Below are positions 51,118 to 63,100 of a stretch of DNA of 64,000 nucleotides, one piece after another (position 1 is the stretch's first letter; the number at the start of each line of letters is the position of its first letter). The notes beneath the pieces were generated by a model. The model was not told where the DNA came from and made no database searches. It was given only the letters and a program-made list of their open reading frames with translations. This stretch comes from Paraspadella gotoi. Its lineage: Eukaryota > Animalia > Chaetognatha. The stretch spans positions 11,073,832-11,137,831 of the forward strand of contig CM119264.1 in the NCBI GenBank assembly GCA_051294375.1, read 5' to 3'. The position numbers and the translations under genes were made by a program.

Positions 51118-54100
51118 TTAAACGTTAATACTGTGTTGAACTTGTAGCTGCGGATGTGGGCCGTCTGGGGATATCGACGAACTTCCTTCGAGGTGATGCA
51201 ACGAGTGCGTTGATCCTGTTAACAATTTAGATTACTAAACGTAAGTATGTCGGTAATTACAGGGTTCGGACTTAAAACACTGTATATTAAATAATGGGTC
51301 AAGAGTGACATAAGTACAGTGGAGAATCTTTTTAATTCGCCCTATACAGCAATATCCAAATGAATTGAGATACTGTATTACGCCAAAATTAATAAAAATT
51401 ATATAAAAATATATCTTAGTATATGTTAAAAATATAGTATATTATGCTGTATAAATGACATATATCGATGGTTTATATGTCTGAGACCTTTTTCCGGGAA
51501 TTATATGGTACTTTGGGTTGCTGCAGTATATTGCAGCTTAAATTCTTTTAAATATATAAAATTATAAAGTACTAACTGATTTATATTATTATTATTATTA
51601 TTATTATTTTCATTTAAAATCCATATGTTATTCGGTTGCTTCCCATACTAATGTTTTTTGATATAGCAAAAATAAATACAAAAAAAAAAAATCCTTAACG
51701 ATTCTTCTGCTATAAAAACAATTTTATAAAACAATAGTGCGTGGGGGATTCAAGTCCGAACTCTGTACAGGGTCGATTCGCAATGGGCATTTTTTGAAAA
51801 GAGAATGAAATGATGAAGGGGAATAAAGAAAGAAATCAATACAAAAAATCTTAAAAGTATAGTGATCTCGCCAGACGTTACTATAAAAAAAATTAATTAA
51901 AAAATCTATTAAAAAAATGAATGATTCATGCGATAACGAATTATTTATATAATAATAATTAATTTATATAATAATAAATGATTATTGTTATGATGATAAT
52001 CAAATATTGATGCGATGATAACCAAATGATTGATGCGATGATAACTAAATGATCGACACGATGATGATCATTCATTGACGCGATGATAGTCATTCATTAA
52101 CGCGATGAGTCATCATAAATAAAAATAAACAAATGGGTGTTAGTGAGAGAGAAAAAAAAAATGCTGGACAGCCGCTGCAAAGCTAAACTCGTTTATATAT
52201 ATATAAAAATTGTTTTATAAATAAAATAATAATAAAATAATAAAATTAATCACCAAAGCCTGTCCAAAGTCAGGGGCAAGATAGCTTATTTATTAAATGA
52301 ATGGATAATTTTTATATTGGTTGTACCAATTTCATAAAATTCAGCTCCTTGTATTTTGATGCTAGTGCGGAGTACAATAAGTATTCCCCGATCTAATACT
52401 TAAGGGAGTGGTCTTTCCATACAATTGAAACATTCTTTGAAATATTTTCCACTTCATTGATAGGGAAGCCAGGTACTCTGGGAGTGAATAAACGGGACTG
52501 TGAGAGAGTCTTGATTGAAAGCTTGCAGGGAACTGCTATGTCATTATCTTGTAAGAGTGATGGAGGCCTTAAACCACCAAAGCCTGTCCAAAGTCAGGGG
52601 CAAGATAGCTTATTTATTAAATGAATGTATAATTTTTATATTGGTTATACCAATTTCATAAATGCGTGTAACAATATGAAAGAACTGAATCTAAAAGATC
52701 TTGCTGATTAAAATTTATATCTAAAATTTTAGCTTCCTATGGTATAAAAGCGTGACGACGACGACGGTCACAAAGAAGCAGAAGCGATTCTACATCTCGC
52801 CCAAATCGGGCTTAAGCCCATCTGGCGAGATAAAAACCGATCAGAAGCTTGAGTGGAAACATTAAGGAGACTACACTGTACCGTGTCTCAGAATTATAAT
52901 AAACAATACGGATTGTTTTAACTTCATAGATTAAAAAAGTCTTAAAACACTGTTCGGCTTTTTCACTTCATTTATTAGGTTATTATAATGATTTTACCTT
53001 CTTACTAAAGTTTAAAAAATAAAAATTATGCAATGTATGAATTACAATTAGGTGCAAAAAAAATTGATTGTCCAAGCTTCATGCAAAATACAATATCTTT
53101 TATCTAAAAACCCAATTAAGTGACAAAATAAGAACCGACTTATTTCAGTGGAAAGCTTACGGAAAAATTAGGAGAATGTTAAGCGAAGCCTGTAACCGCA
53201 AAGAAGATCATAAGTTTATTAAAGTTAAAATTCAAGATCTTCAGAAACTTAGCAAAATATATCTAACTGCCTTGTATATTGAAATTTGAAAAAACCATTA
53301 TACTCTCACTAGTTTTCAAAGTTAACTAACAGCAACAGTAATGGCGAGAGAGAGGACTTGTTAGTAGTTAAAGATTATACCATAAGCGAGCACTAAGCAG
53401 TTTCTGATCTTCGGATCAAGGTGTAGATTGTAGAACCATGTAAGAGTCAGATTATCCGGCTCGTCATTCAACTGCAGGACGTCGATTAGATTCGACAAGC
53501 TTAGTGTCGAAAAGTGATAACCGCTCATTCTTTACCCATTTTTTTTATTTGCGCCGCGAGTATTCGCAGAGCAACTCTATAAGTCACCTTTTGATCGGTC
53601 TGTCGGCATATCTGTCCTTCGGTCTATCCCGCTTACTTTAAAAAAGCTCAAATCTAAGCAACTGCTAGCGCCGCATTTTGTTTTTTAAAAAAATTTCATA
53701 TAAACTATAAAAAATAAAAGATAATATTCCAATGTAGTTAGTGTCAAAAATACACGGATATACACGGGATAAAGTCACTGCGGCGGAACACATTTGAATT
53801 TCCGTTCTTGTTAATACTTAACTGCCTTGGCTTAATAAATAACCCAGTGCAAAAACCGCGAATAAACGTGCTTCACTATTCCGTATATTTATATAAATTT
53901 TATTAAAACTTTTGGTGACCGACCTGTTGACCCATATGAAGCAGCTTTCGGTGGTTGGGGACGTTCTGTATTTTGTGTTGCGCTTGTAGCTAAGTTTTGA
54001 TTAGGAGTATGGTGCGGAAGAATGGGTGTTTTTTCTTCTTTAGCTTGGTGACGGCGTTTCTCAGCATCACGTTTCGCAGAGGAAGTGTCTGCAGTTTCCT

Positions 54101-57100
54101 CCTCACCATCATACTTGCCTTTCCGACCCGAACTAAAATACATTCAAAAATATGTTAATTAAAATTTAAATTGTTTATTTAAATAGTAGGAAATACAAGT
54201 GCATTTATATTAAATTAAATATTAAATTGTTTATGATTTTAAATTACCTTGATCTCAGTGAAGTTACAGTTCCGCTCGCTTTCATGCTTCTTTCAAGAAG
54301 GCGCCTCCGATTAACCGGCGGTCCGATATAGCTAAGAAGTACCGGCAGAAATATTAAACCGTGTGTGGCGCCGAAGAGAACGATTCCAACGTACCTGGTT
54401 ACAAGAGATATAAAGATGAAGAGACAATTTTAATGTGTTGCGCCACGTGATTACAAAAGTACGAAACATATTCACATGAACATCATGACTTTTATAATTA
54501 TGAACTATTTTATGATACCTCATCTCTTTACCAAGAGTTAAATAAATCATGCAGCATTAAATTTCTGGTCATTTGATCGAATTTTTCCTTGATCACCAGA
54601 CTGCACAATATGAAACATGTAAGGATAAAATAACTTTTTACTAAAAATTATATAATGAGCATCAGAACGGAAAGGTTTATAATTTATTTTCAAAATAAAA
54701 AAAAATAAAAAGCTCTTGGTTCTAATCTCAAACGCCACGGTATTGAAAGACTTAATACCATGTTATGACTCATGAGCATCTAAAACGAAATTTTTAATTC
54801 CTTTATGGAATATTAATTCTATATCGGTCCGCCTCGCCACGAAATGCCCTTTTGTTCGCGCTAGTCGATAGATCGCGCGTTTATCAGAGTAAGAAAAACG
54901 AACAAAATAACATCGAAAGATGCAAAAAAGAAAAACCAGGGAATGCCGTCACGTGACCGGCCCTGACCAATGGGAGCCCGGCAAATCCCAAGCCGGGTCT
55001 CTCCCTCATCCGGGCATACGGAAGCCTCAAACGTCCCTAGAAGATCCCGGAGGGGCGCTCCACGCGACGTCCCTGCAGTGGAAACGGAAGAAGGTCTGCG
55101 CGCCAGACCAATCTCCCGCGCGAAGGAAGACACCAAGATCCATTCCGCGGGCAAGGCGTCCGAGACCGCCATAGCGCGCGTCGGCCCCGGGGCCGCAGAA
55201 ACGTCCGCCTCCAAGAAAAGTTCCTTGAAAAGGGAGGCGAAACGCTGCGTCGAGAGTTGGCGAAGAGGCGGCGCGGGAGCGCAGAAAAGAAATCGTGCGG
55301 CGGCGCCAATTCCGAACGAAAAGAGAGTCAATTGCGCAGCGCCTGAACCGGGCAGCGACTGAGAGCAGCGCAGCGAATCGAGACGGAACGCCGGACCCAA
55401 GTGTCCGACCCTGTCTCGTCCTCTAGAGTGTCGATGGAACCAGACGAACGTGAACTGCCGCCTAAGGAAAGATAGCCCGCGTCGCAACGAAGAGAGACGA
55501 TCTCTGAAGGGCGACGAGCTGACGCTTAAGCGACCAGAAAGAGCGAGCGTCGTAGAAGATCCCTCGGCGCGATCGGGAGTGGCGCCAGTCGAGAATGCGT
55601 GAAACCGAGACCGCATTCCACGTGGGGAAAATCCGACGTGAGGGAGGGCGTCTCTCGAAAACTCCCTTGAGAAGGCGCCGGACCAAAAGATGCTCTCCAA
55701 CCGGCGCTCCCGCCAGGGGGGGAGAGGCAGCTGAATATGGCCGACCTGTGAAGGTTGATCGTGCTGTCGAGAGGCCCTTCTCCACAGAAAACCGAGGTAT
55801 CGTAGAACATCCTCTAGAGAGGCTTGAGATCCTCGAACCTCCCTATCCTGAAGGAGGTCGCAGAAGGAGCTCCAAGCTCTGGCGTAGCACTCTCTGGTAG
55901 AGCCTCTCCAGCTGTCGACGATGATGGAGAAGGTGGAGTCGTCGATGTCGGAGAGGTTTGTGCACCGCCTAAAAAACCTCCAGACGACGAGCCTGAAGCG
56001 ATCCGCCTGCGGAGGCGGAAGTCCGGACACGAGGTCGACGACGAGGTTTTCCGGCGCCGGAAGGCGCCTCGCGTCCAGAAACCGAAGGAAAAAGGAGGCT
56101 CTGGAACCACTTCTGAGTCGGCCAAAACGGGGTGATCAGGAGAAGGGAGTCCCTCGCCCTCTCCAGCTTGCGGATCACCATCATCAGCAGAGGAGGGGGA
56201 GAAAGAGATAGGCCAGGTCGAAGAAGCAGCGTTGCGCCAAGGCGTCTATCCCCTCCGCCTCCAGCGTCGCCTCCCAGGCGAAAAACGTGGAAATGAGCCG
56301 ACCGGGGAGTCGCGAAAAACGATGCTGGGGAGACCGAATATGTCGACCATCTGGCGGGAAAACTCTCGTAAGGAGTTTCCAGTCCGCCACCTTCGGCCCC
56401 TCGACGCCGCGGCCGTGATGAGAATCTCCTCCGAAGAGAGACGGACTCTTGCTGCAGTCCCGACGAAGGCAGGAGAGAGAGACGAAGCTGTCCGTCTTCC
56501 AAGGAAGTGACGCGCCGTGGAAGGAAGCTCCGAATCGTTGGGAGATCTCAAAACTGTGAACTCCTTCACAAAGAAAAAGAGAGGGGCATCCGCAGACGAC
56601 CAGGTTCCCATCGACAGTTGGCCCTGATGGAGAAACCCCCATCCCTGCGACGAAGCATCCATCGTCACCTCCAGCGTGCAGACCTCCGGGAGGAGGTCAT
56701 CGAGCGGAGCGAAGCACTGGTCTGGAGAGAGGGCTGCGATCCACCGCAGCTCCTCCATCGCCGGCGAGTGAGAGAGGAACAACGCGGTCGAGATCCTTCT
56801 TGACTTGTAGACACGAAAGACGTCTCGTTGAATCCTCGAAAACCTGCAGCGTAGCAGCGGTACTGCCAAGGACGCCGCCGTCGAATGGCCTTAGAGCTGA
56901 AGGCACTGACGAGCACGTGGAGCGGTCGTTGGCAAAGATTTCTCGCGGAGAGCGAAGAGTCGTAATTTTCGTCTCCGGGAGCGCGATGGAGTGGGAGAGG
57001 CTGTCCCAAACGAAATCGAGGAAATCGAAGCTCTGAGAGGGAGACAGGCTCGACCTCTGAAGGTGGATGACGAATCCCGCCTTCTTGAGTAGCCACACCG

Positions 57101-60100
57101 CCTTCCGAGTGGCTCGTCGACAAAGTCCGCCGAGGAAAACAGGATCAAGATGCCGTCTACTTGAAAAAAAGACATCGAATCCCCAGTGGGCGGAGCCAAC
57201 GCACTAAGGGGCCTCGTCGTCCTGGTGAAAGCCAAGGGCCCGTCGAGAGGCCGAAAAGAAGGACTGTACTGGTAGAGGCGGCCCTTCCAAGGCGGCAAAA
57301 TTTTGGATGATCCTCGTGGATCGGGAGAAGCATCTCGGAGGTCTACCGAGGCACCCCAATCGCCTCGTCGAAACATCCTTCGTAAGTCCGGGGCTCCTTC
57401 CCTCCAGAAATAAGGCGGCGAAAGGAACGAGAGTTGAGCTCTTAAGTTCAAAATCGGGCGCCAGCCTCCATCTTTCTTTCGTAACGAGGAAAAGCATGGA
57501 AAAGAAACCCGGAGAAACCGGGACTACCTCGATGGCGTCCTCCCCCAAAGCGCCGCAATCTCCGTGTCAACCAAGGCGTCTCGGTGTCGCGTCCGAGGGA
57601 AGATGGAAGCGTGCGGAACTGCTTCGCCCCCTCGAGGCGAAATCCGAGAGAAGTTATCTAGAATGGGCGACGTATCGCCAACGAGCGTTGTCCAAAGGGG
57701 TTGAAGGAGCCGAAGCCGACCTCCGACGGGGACTTCTGGAAGAAGCGCCGGCGTGGAAAGGTCCGTGTCGAGACTCGAGTCCATGGGCGGATCCAGGCCT
57801 AAAACCTGGGCGGTCGGACGAGGCGGCGACCGTGAGGGAGGCGTTTCGAGTCATTCGCCGGGATGCGAATCCCGGCCTTCCCGTCTCCCGACTTCTTGCG
57901 GGGAACTTCTTGGTCCACTTGCGCTTGAAGGAAGACTTCGAGCGGAAATGAGGGCGCTTGTCGGCAGCGGGTTTGGCGCGAGCGACGTTTCGTAGAAGCG
58001 TCGAATTGAGCGCCGATTCCACCTGCGCTTCCTGAATACCAAGAAAGGAAGATGCGGTGGGCGCGCCACAGCGAGAACTTGGCGGCGGAACTCGCCGACT
58101 GAAAGGTTGAGGGACGCCGCGTTGAATAAGAGCCGCGTCGCGAAGCGGGGCGGCAAGGGCGTCGACGCCAGCGCTGACCTCATTTCTGGACGAGCCGGAA
58201 CGGAAAGCCTCCTTGATTCCGCGCAGCTCATCGACAACTGTAAGGATGGCATGCGCGGTAGCGCCGTTCTCCTGCATCTCACGTGAAAGGCGGAGAGTAG
58301 TCGCGTTATTCCCCCTTTGGAAAACGCCGACTCGAATTGAGCGGAGAGGCACGTGTCCGGCGTCGGAGTGGTGAACTCCGGAGGAGAAGCGACGTCGATC
58401 CAGTGGCGTACACTGCCGATCGCTGGGCGTCCCAGCGAGTTCCAGTTGGCCTGAGGAAGACCCCCTTCCCCAACGCAGCGAAGAAAACGCCACATGTAAC
58501 GAACCTGGAACCGGCGCTGACCTGCTCGTGGGCAGAAGAGCCGTCGAAAACCGCGACGTCGTCATCCGAAGACGAAACTTCTCCCTCCTCCGCCGAATCG
58601 GAGGAGTACTTGGCGTCCGGATCCGGCACTGTGTGGGATCGATGACGCTTGGGTAGAGGCGAGACCCGTGTGACGGTCCGAGGCGGCGCCCCGATCTGAG
58701 AGGGGCCGCCTACTGGAGTCGGAACAGCATGGAAGGAATTCGAGACTCGTCAAACGAGGCGAAGCGTAGTGGAGAGCAAAACCGGACCGATATGGAATCG
58801 TCACATGTAAAAAAACATAAGCGGTAAGCAAATTAGCGCGAGAATTAAACAGAAAAAACTCCCGAAATTCGTCGAATCCTTCCTAAAGCTGTTCAGTGAC
58901 GAAACCATCGTCGTAAGGACAGACTCCAGTCCTCTGGTCACGTCATCCGGCAGTGGGGGATGACCAGACCGGCCGCCACTTGGTCCGAGAGCAGCGAGAG
59001 AGGGCGCCTCGGACAAAGCCCCACCGCTCGGCCGGGCAACGGAAATTGTCGGTTGGTACGGGCCGAGTTTCCAAAACCGACGGAATCGGGCTGCCAAAAA
59101 CCACGGTAAAAAGGGGGGAGAAGGCGGTGTCGGTGGGGCAGGTGGCGGCGGGGGCGAGACCGCTCGGTCTCTCTTGGACCTCTCGAGCCCCCGAGGGATC
59201 TCCAGTCCCTCTCTACGTTTAGAGACATGTCCGAACGTTCGTCTCTTACTTGATGACTTCCAATGAGCGGGTTTCCAACGTAGATATACGAGAAAATCGT
59301 GAAAAAGTCAAGAAAAAACGCGAAATCAGTAAGGAAACAACCGAACTAGATGAGCGCGAAAAAAGAATTGAGGCTTCCGTATGCCGGATGAGGGAGAGAC
59401 CCGGCTTGGGATTTGCCGGGCTCCCATTGGTCAGGGCCGGTCACGTGCGGCATTCCCTGGTTTTTCTTTTTTGCATCTTTCGATGTTATTTTGTTCGTTT
59501 TCTTACTCTGATAAACGCGCGATCTATCGACTAGCGCGAACAAAAGGGCATTTTTCGTGGCGAGGCGGACCGATATGAGAATTATGACAGACCGACCGAC
59601 GACATACCGAACAACCCATACCTAAGTTACTTATGTTACCCGCAGGATAACTAAAAACTAGTAGCGTGGATTGTAAGACAATATGGTGGACAAAAATCTA
59701 CCAACCATTGGTGCTGGAGGCAAGTCATTCGCCTCCCAACCCAAAGGGTCCGGGGTTCTAGCCCCGTGGTCGCCTAGCAGTTAAGAGGGACGGGGCGCTT
59801 AACCCGCCTGTTACACGGTGTTACAGCCTGATCCGAAGCTCAGGGACTGCTTATATTGAATGGTTCTGTCACTAACACAATAATAATTACTGTCTCTTCA
59901 TTGATGAGCCCGCCTTCTGAACACAACAGCAACAACAACACTTTCAGGCGAAACATGACTCAACTTGGTGATGAACTTTCCACCAACAACCACAATTCAC
60001 TGAAGAGACGCAACAGACTTCCCTATGGGAGGGGGGATGTATGGTGGACAAAAATCCACCAACATTCATCAGCGGCCATTGGTGCTGGAGGCAAGTCATT

Positions 60101-63100
60101 CGCCTCCCAACCCAAAGGTCCGGGGTTCTAGCCCGGTGGTCGACTTACAGTTAAGAGGGATGGGGCGCTTAACCCGCCTGTAACACGGTGTTACAGCCTG
60201 ATCCGAAGCTCAGGGACTGCTCATATTGAATGGTTCTGTCACTAACACATAACAATAATTACTGTCTCTTCAACAATTTCTAAAACTTGTATCTTTTTAC
60301 TTTGTCTTTGATATCTTACATTCGGAAATAGAAGATTTGAAATATTTGTGATTGGGCAAAGAAGAGAACGACGATCCCCCCGAATTTGGTGAGAGTGATT
60401 CCGGAGAAAACCGACGATCCCATGTGGACAATGGCGTCGTGGGCTCTTCTAATACGTGTGCGTTCGGTGGACACAGCGAAAGCTCGGGCCACGTGGGAAC
60501 AGAACTCGACGGAAATACCGATTGCCATTACCAGATTAACCTGTACATTAAAATGTAAGCCAAAGTACTTATGTATTAAAATTCATTTTGTTTGCTTTAA
60601 TAAAGATGCAAGATAGCTTATTTATTAAATGAATAGATAATTTTTATATTGGTTGTACCAATTTCATAAAATTCAGCTCTTTGTATTTTGATACTAGAGT
60701 AGTGAGTACAATATTCACCGATCTAATAATAAATCTTACCAAAGATACGGCGTTCAAAGAAATGTTCCATAGATACATGAGCCCAAACATATCGACAATT
60801 ATCATAGAGATCGTAAAAAGAATGAGGAAGGAAGAATAAAGATCGAAACCAAGTAATATAAAGGTAATCACAAATATAGCCGCCAGAGACGCTCCCAAAT
60901 TCATGGCCGTATCTTCAATGATCGTTAAATACTGGAAAAAAATATATATTGCGATAAAATTTAAATGACAATTACTGCATTACTCATAGTCGTACCTGTT
61001 CATAAAAAACGTAAAAGACGCTGTAAGCAAATACTCTAAAACCACTATCGGTCATATTAAAAGCATTAGTTATATTCTCTGCCAGTTCTCTTCCATTCTT
61101 TAAGCTAGCAATGAAACCAGCCGAATGTTTGGAAGCAGTGTGATACGACATAAAGTACGTTGGACCAGGAGCGCCAGTTTTTGCATTTAACTTCACCTAA
61201 AATATTCGTTTAAATTATAAAACCAAAACTTTACAAAGAGGTTCCTCTTAAATCATTTATGGTGAATCTTCGCTCACCCCACTTCCGTAAGCGGCGTGTC
61301 CTCCTTTCGAGCATATTTGCCCAGGATTATCTTCGAGGAAAAAAGGAAGGAAACGCACGAAATCTTTTGGAATAGGTCGACCAGTGGTAGTCGGAGTCAC
61401 GTCGCACTCTTGGCAATCCGACGCGTGTGGATGAGTTGAGGGACAGAAGCGCGAGCTGTTGTCTCTGACAAAAAGCAAAAAAAAAAGCTAATGCTATCAC
61501 TAATCACGTTAAACTCTCCGCAATCTTACTTGAAAACACGACAGCATGGAATCGTGGCGGTCGAAGGTGCCACCCAGTCGAAATAGTCGTCGATCCATGA
61601 TGAGGCCGGCTCCGCGATGTGCGACCAGTTTTGCTGCTTAGACGCCCGCCACACCTGACCCGCCAAAGAGTCGTCGGGACAGCCGTTTCCGCCGCAGAAG
61701 AAATTCTGAAAAGATTAATCGTGATGGTTAATGTAATCACAGACAAGCGTCTAAAACCCGACTTGTTTTTTAGCCTACTTGAATGTCGGGATCTGAATAA
61801 TTAGGCGCTCCGGAGAAGTTGGTGGCGACGAAATATACGGGGGCGCCGACTTTAACCTTAGCCAAGGCGTGGAAGTAGTCAATGACGAAAGAGTCTTCCG
61901 GCATCGAGAGCTCTTGATCCAGACCGACTTCAACTTTATCAATCATGGCTGGTAAAGAAAAAGAACGGTGCTAAATTAAAACCAAGTGATAAAACACATA
62001 GGTCCTATCCGTTAACGGAATGTACTCACCCACGGAAGCGCATAGCCAACCGATGAAAACGACGATGATAGAAGGACGTATCCATTCAGAGAGAAGGAAA
62101 GGGCTGTAAACGTACTTAAAGAACTGAAAGAGGAAGGATTCTGATCCCAACTCTCGAAGGGAAGGCTCAGAGAGTCCCACGCAGCAGCAAATGTCGAACT
62201 TGTTTCTTTCCTGCGCAATATTATAACAATATCACAAAGACGCAATGTGTTATTGATTAAGCCAAATCAATTCGGAAGAAAATCGTACATTTGAAATGAA
62301 ATTATTTCGATAATTTGTCCGTAAAAAAAATTGAATTGTAGGTACTCTAATGGAACAACTAGAGGGTGAACTTAGGTAATATTTTGCCTGATTAACTGAG
62401 CAAAGTGTCAGTCAAATTACCTTGGTAAAGAAAAGATTTTTCTTAATTAAGATAAGTAATTTTTGAATCAGAATTTTTACACAAATTTCAAATGGGAGTG
62501 AAATAGAAAGTTGTTATAACTGAATGTGTGTAATATTTGTTTCTTTCATTAGTTTGAAAATTCTCTGACGTTTATGTTCCTATATACTATATAGCAAATT
62601 GATAATACTTTACATCATAACTGGTGCGCTTGACATCTAACAGCTTTTTTTTATAAGAAAGTAAGCAAGCTGGACTACTGGGAGTTAAAAAATAAAAAAC
62701 GTCCGCGATTTTTTTGCCAGAGTGCAAAATCTGAAGTTGCATTATCAACTTATTTAGCCATAGCATAGTATTTGATCTTTTCATTTCACTACGTGTATTT
62801 TATTTTTTTTAAAGATAAATTAAACAATATATTTCTCTTTTTTTGTTTAATTGATTTCCTTTATAACTACTTTTAATTTGTTATTGCTGAATTTTAATCA
62901 AAGAATTGCATCCGGCATGAAAGTATCTACAGTTATATGGCCTTAAGACTTATGTATAGAAGCTACTAGTAGGCCCAAAACCAATAAATTGTGACTGATA
63001 GATTAGTCGATTGATAAATGATAAATTTACAGATGATACTTAGACGAATAATAATAATGTGGATGCATACATTTAAAGAGATTTGCAATGTACATGTCCT

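Noticed and set aside
60073-60143. Functional tRNA-Gly gene
   Set aside because: Anticodon stem does not pair, no T-run terminator, and it is embedded in an LTR-like repeat.
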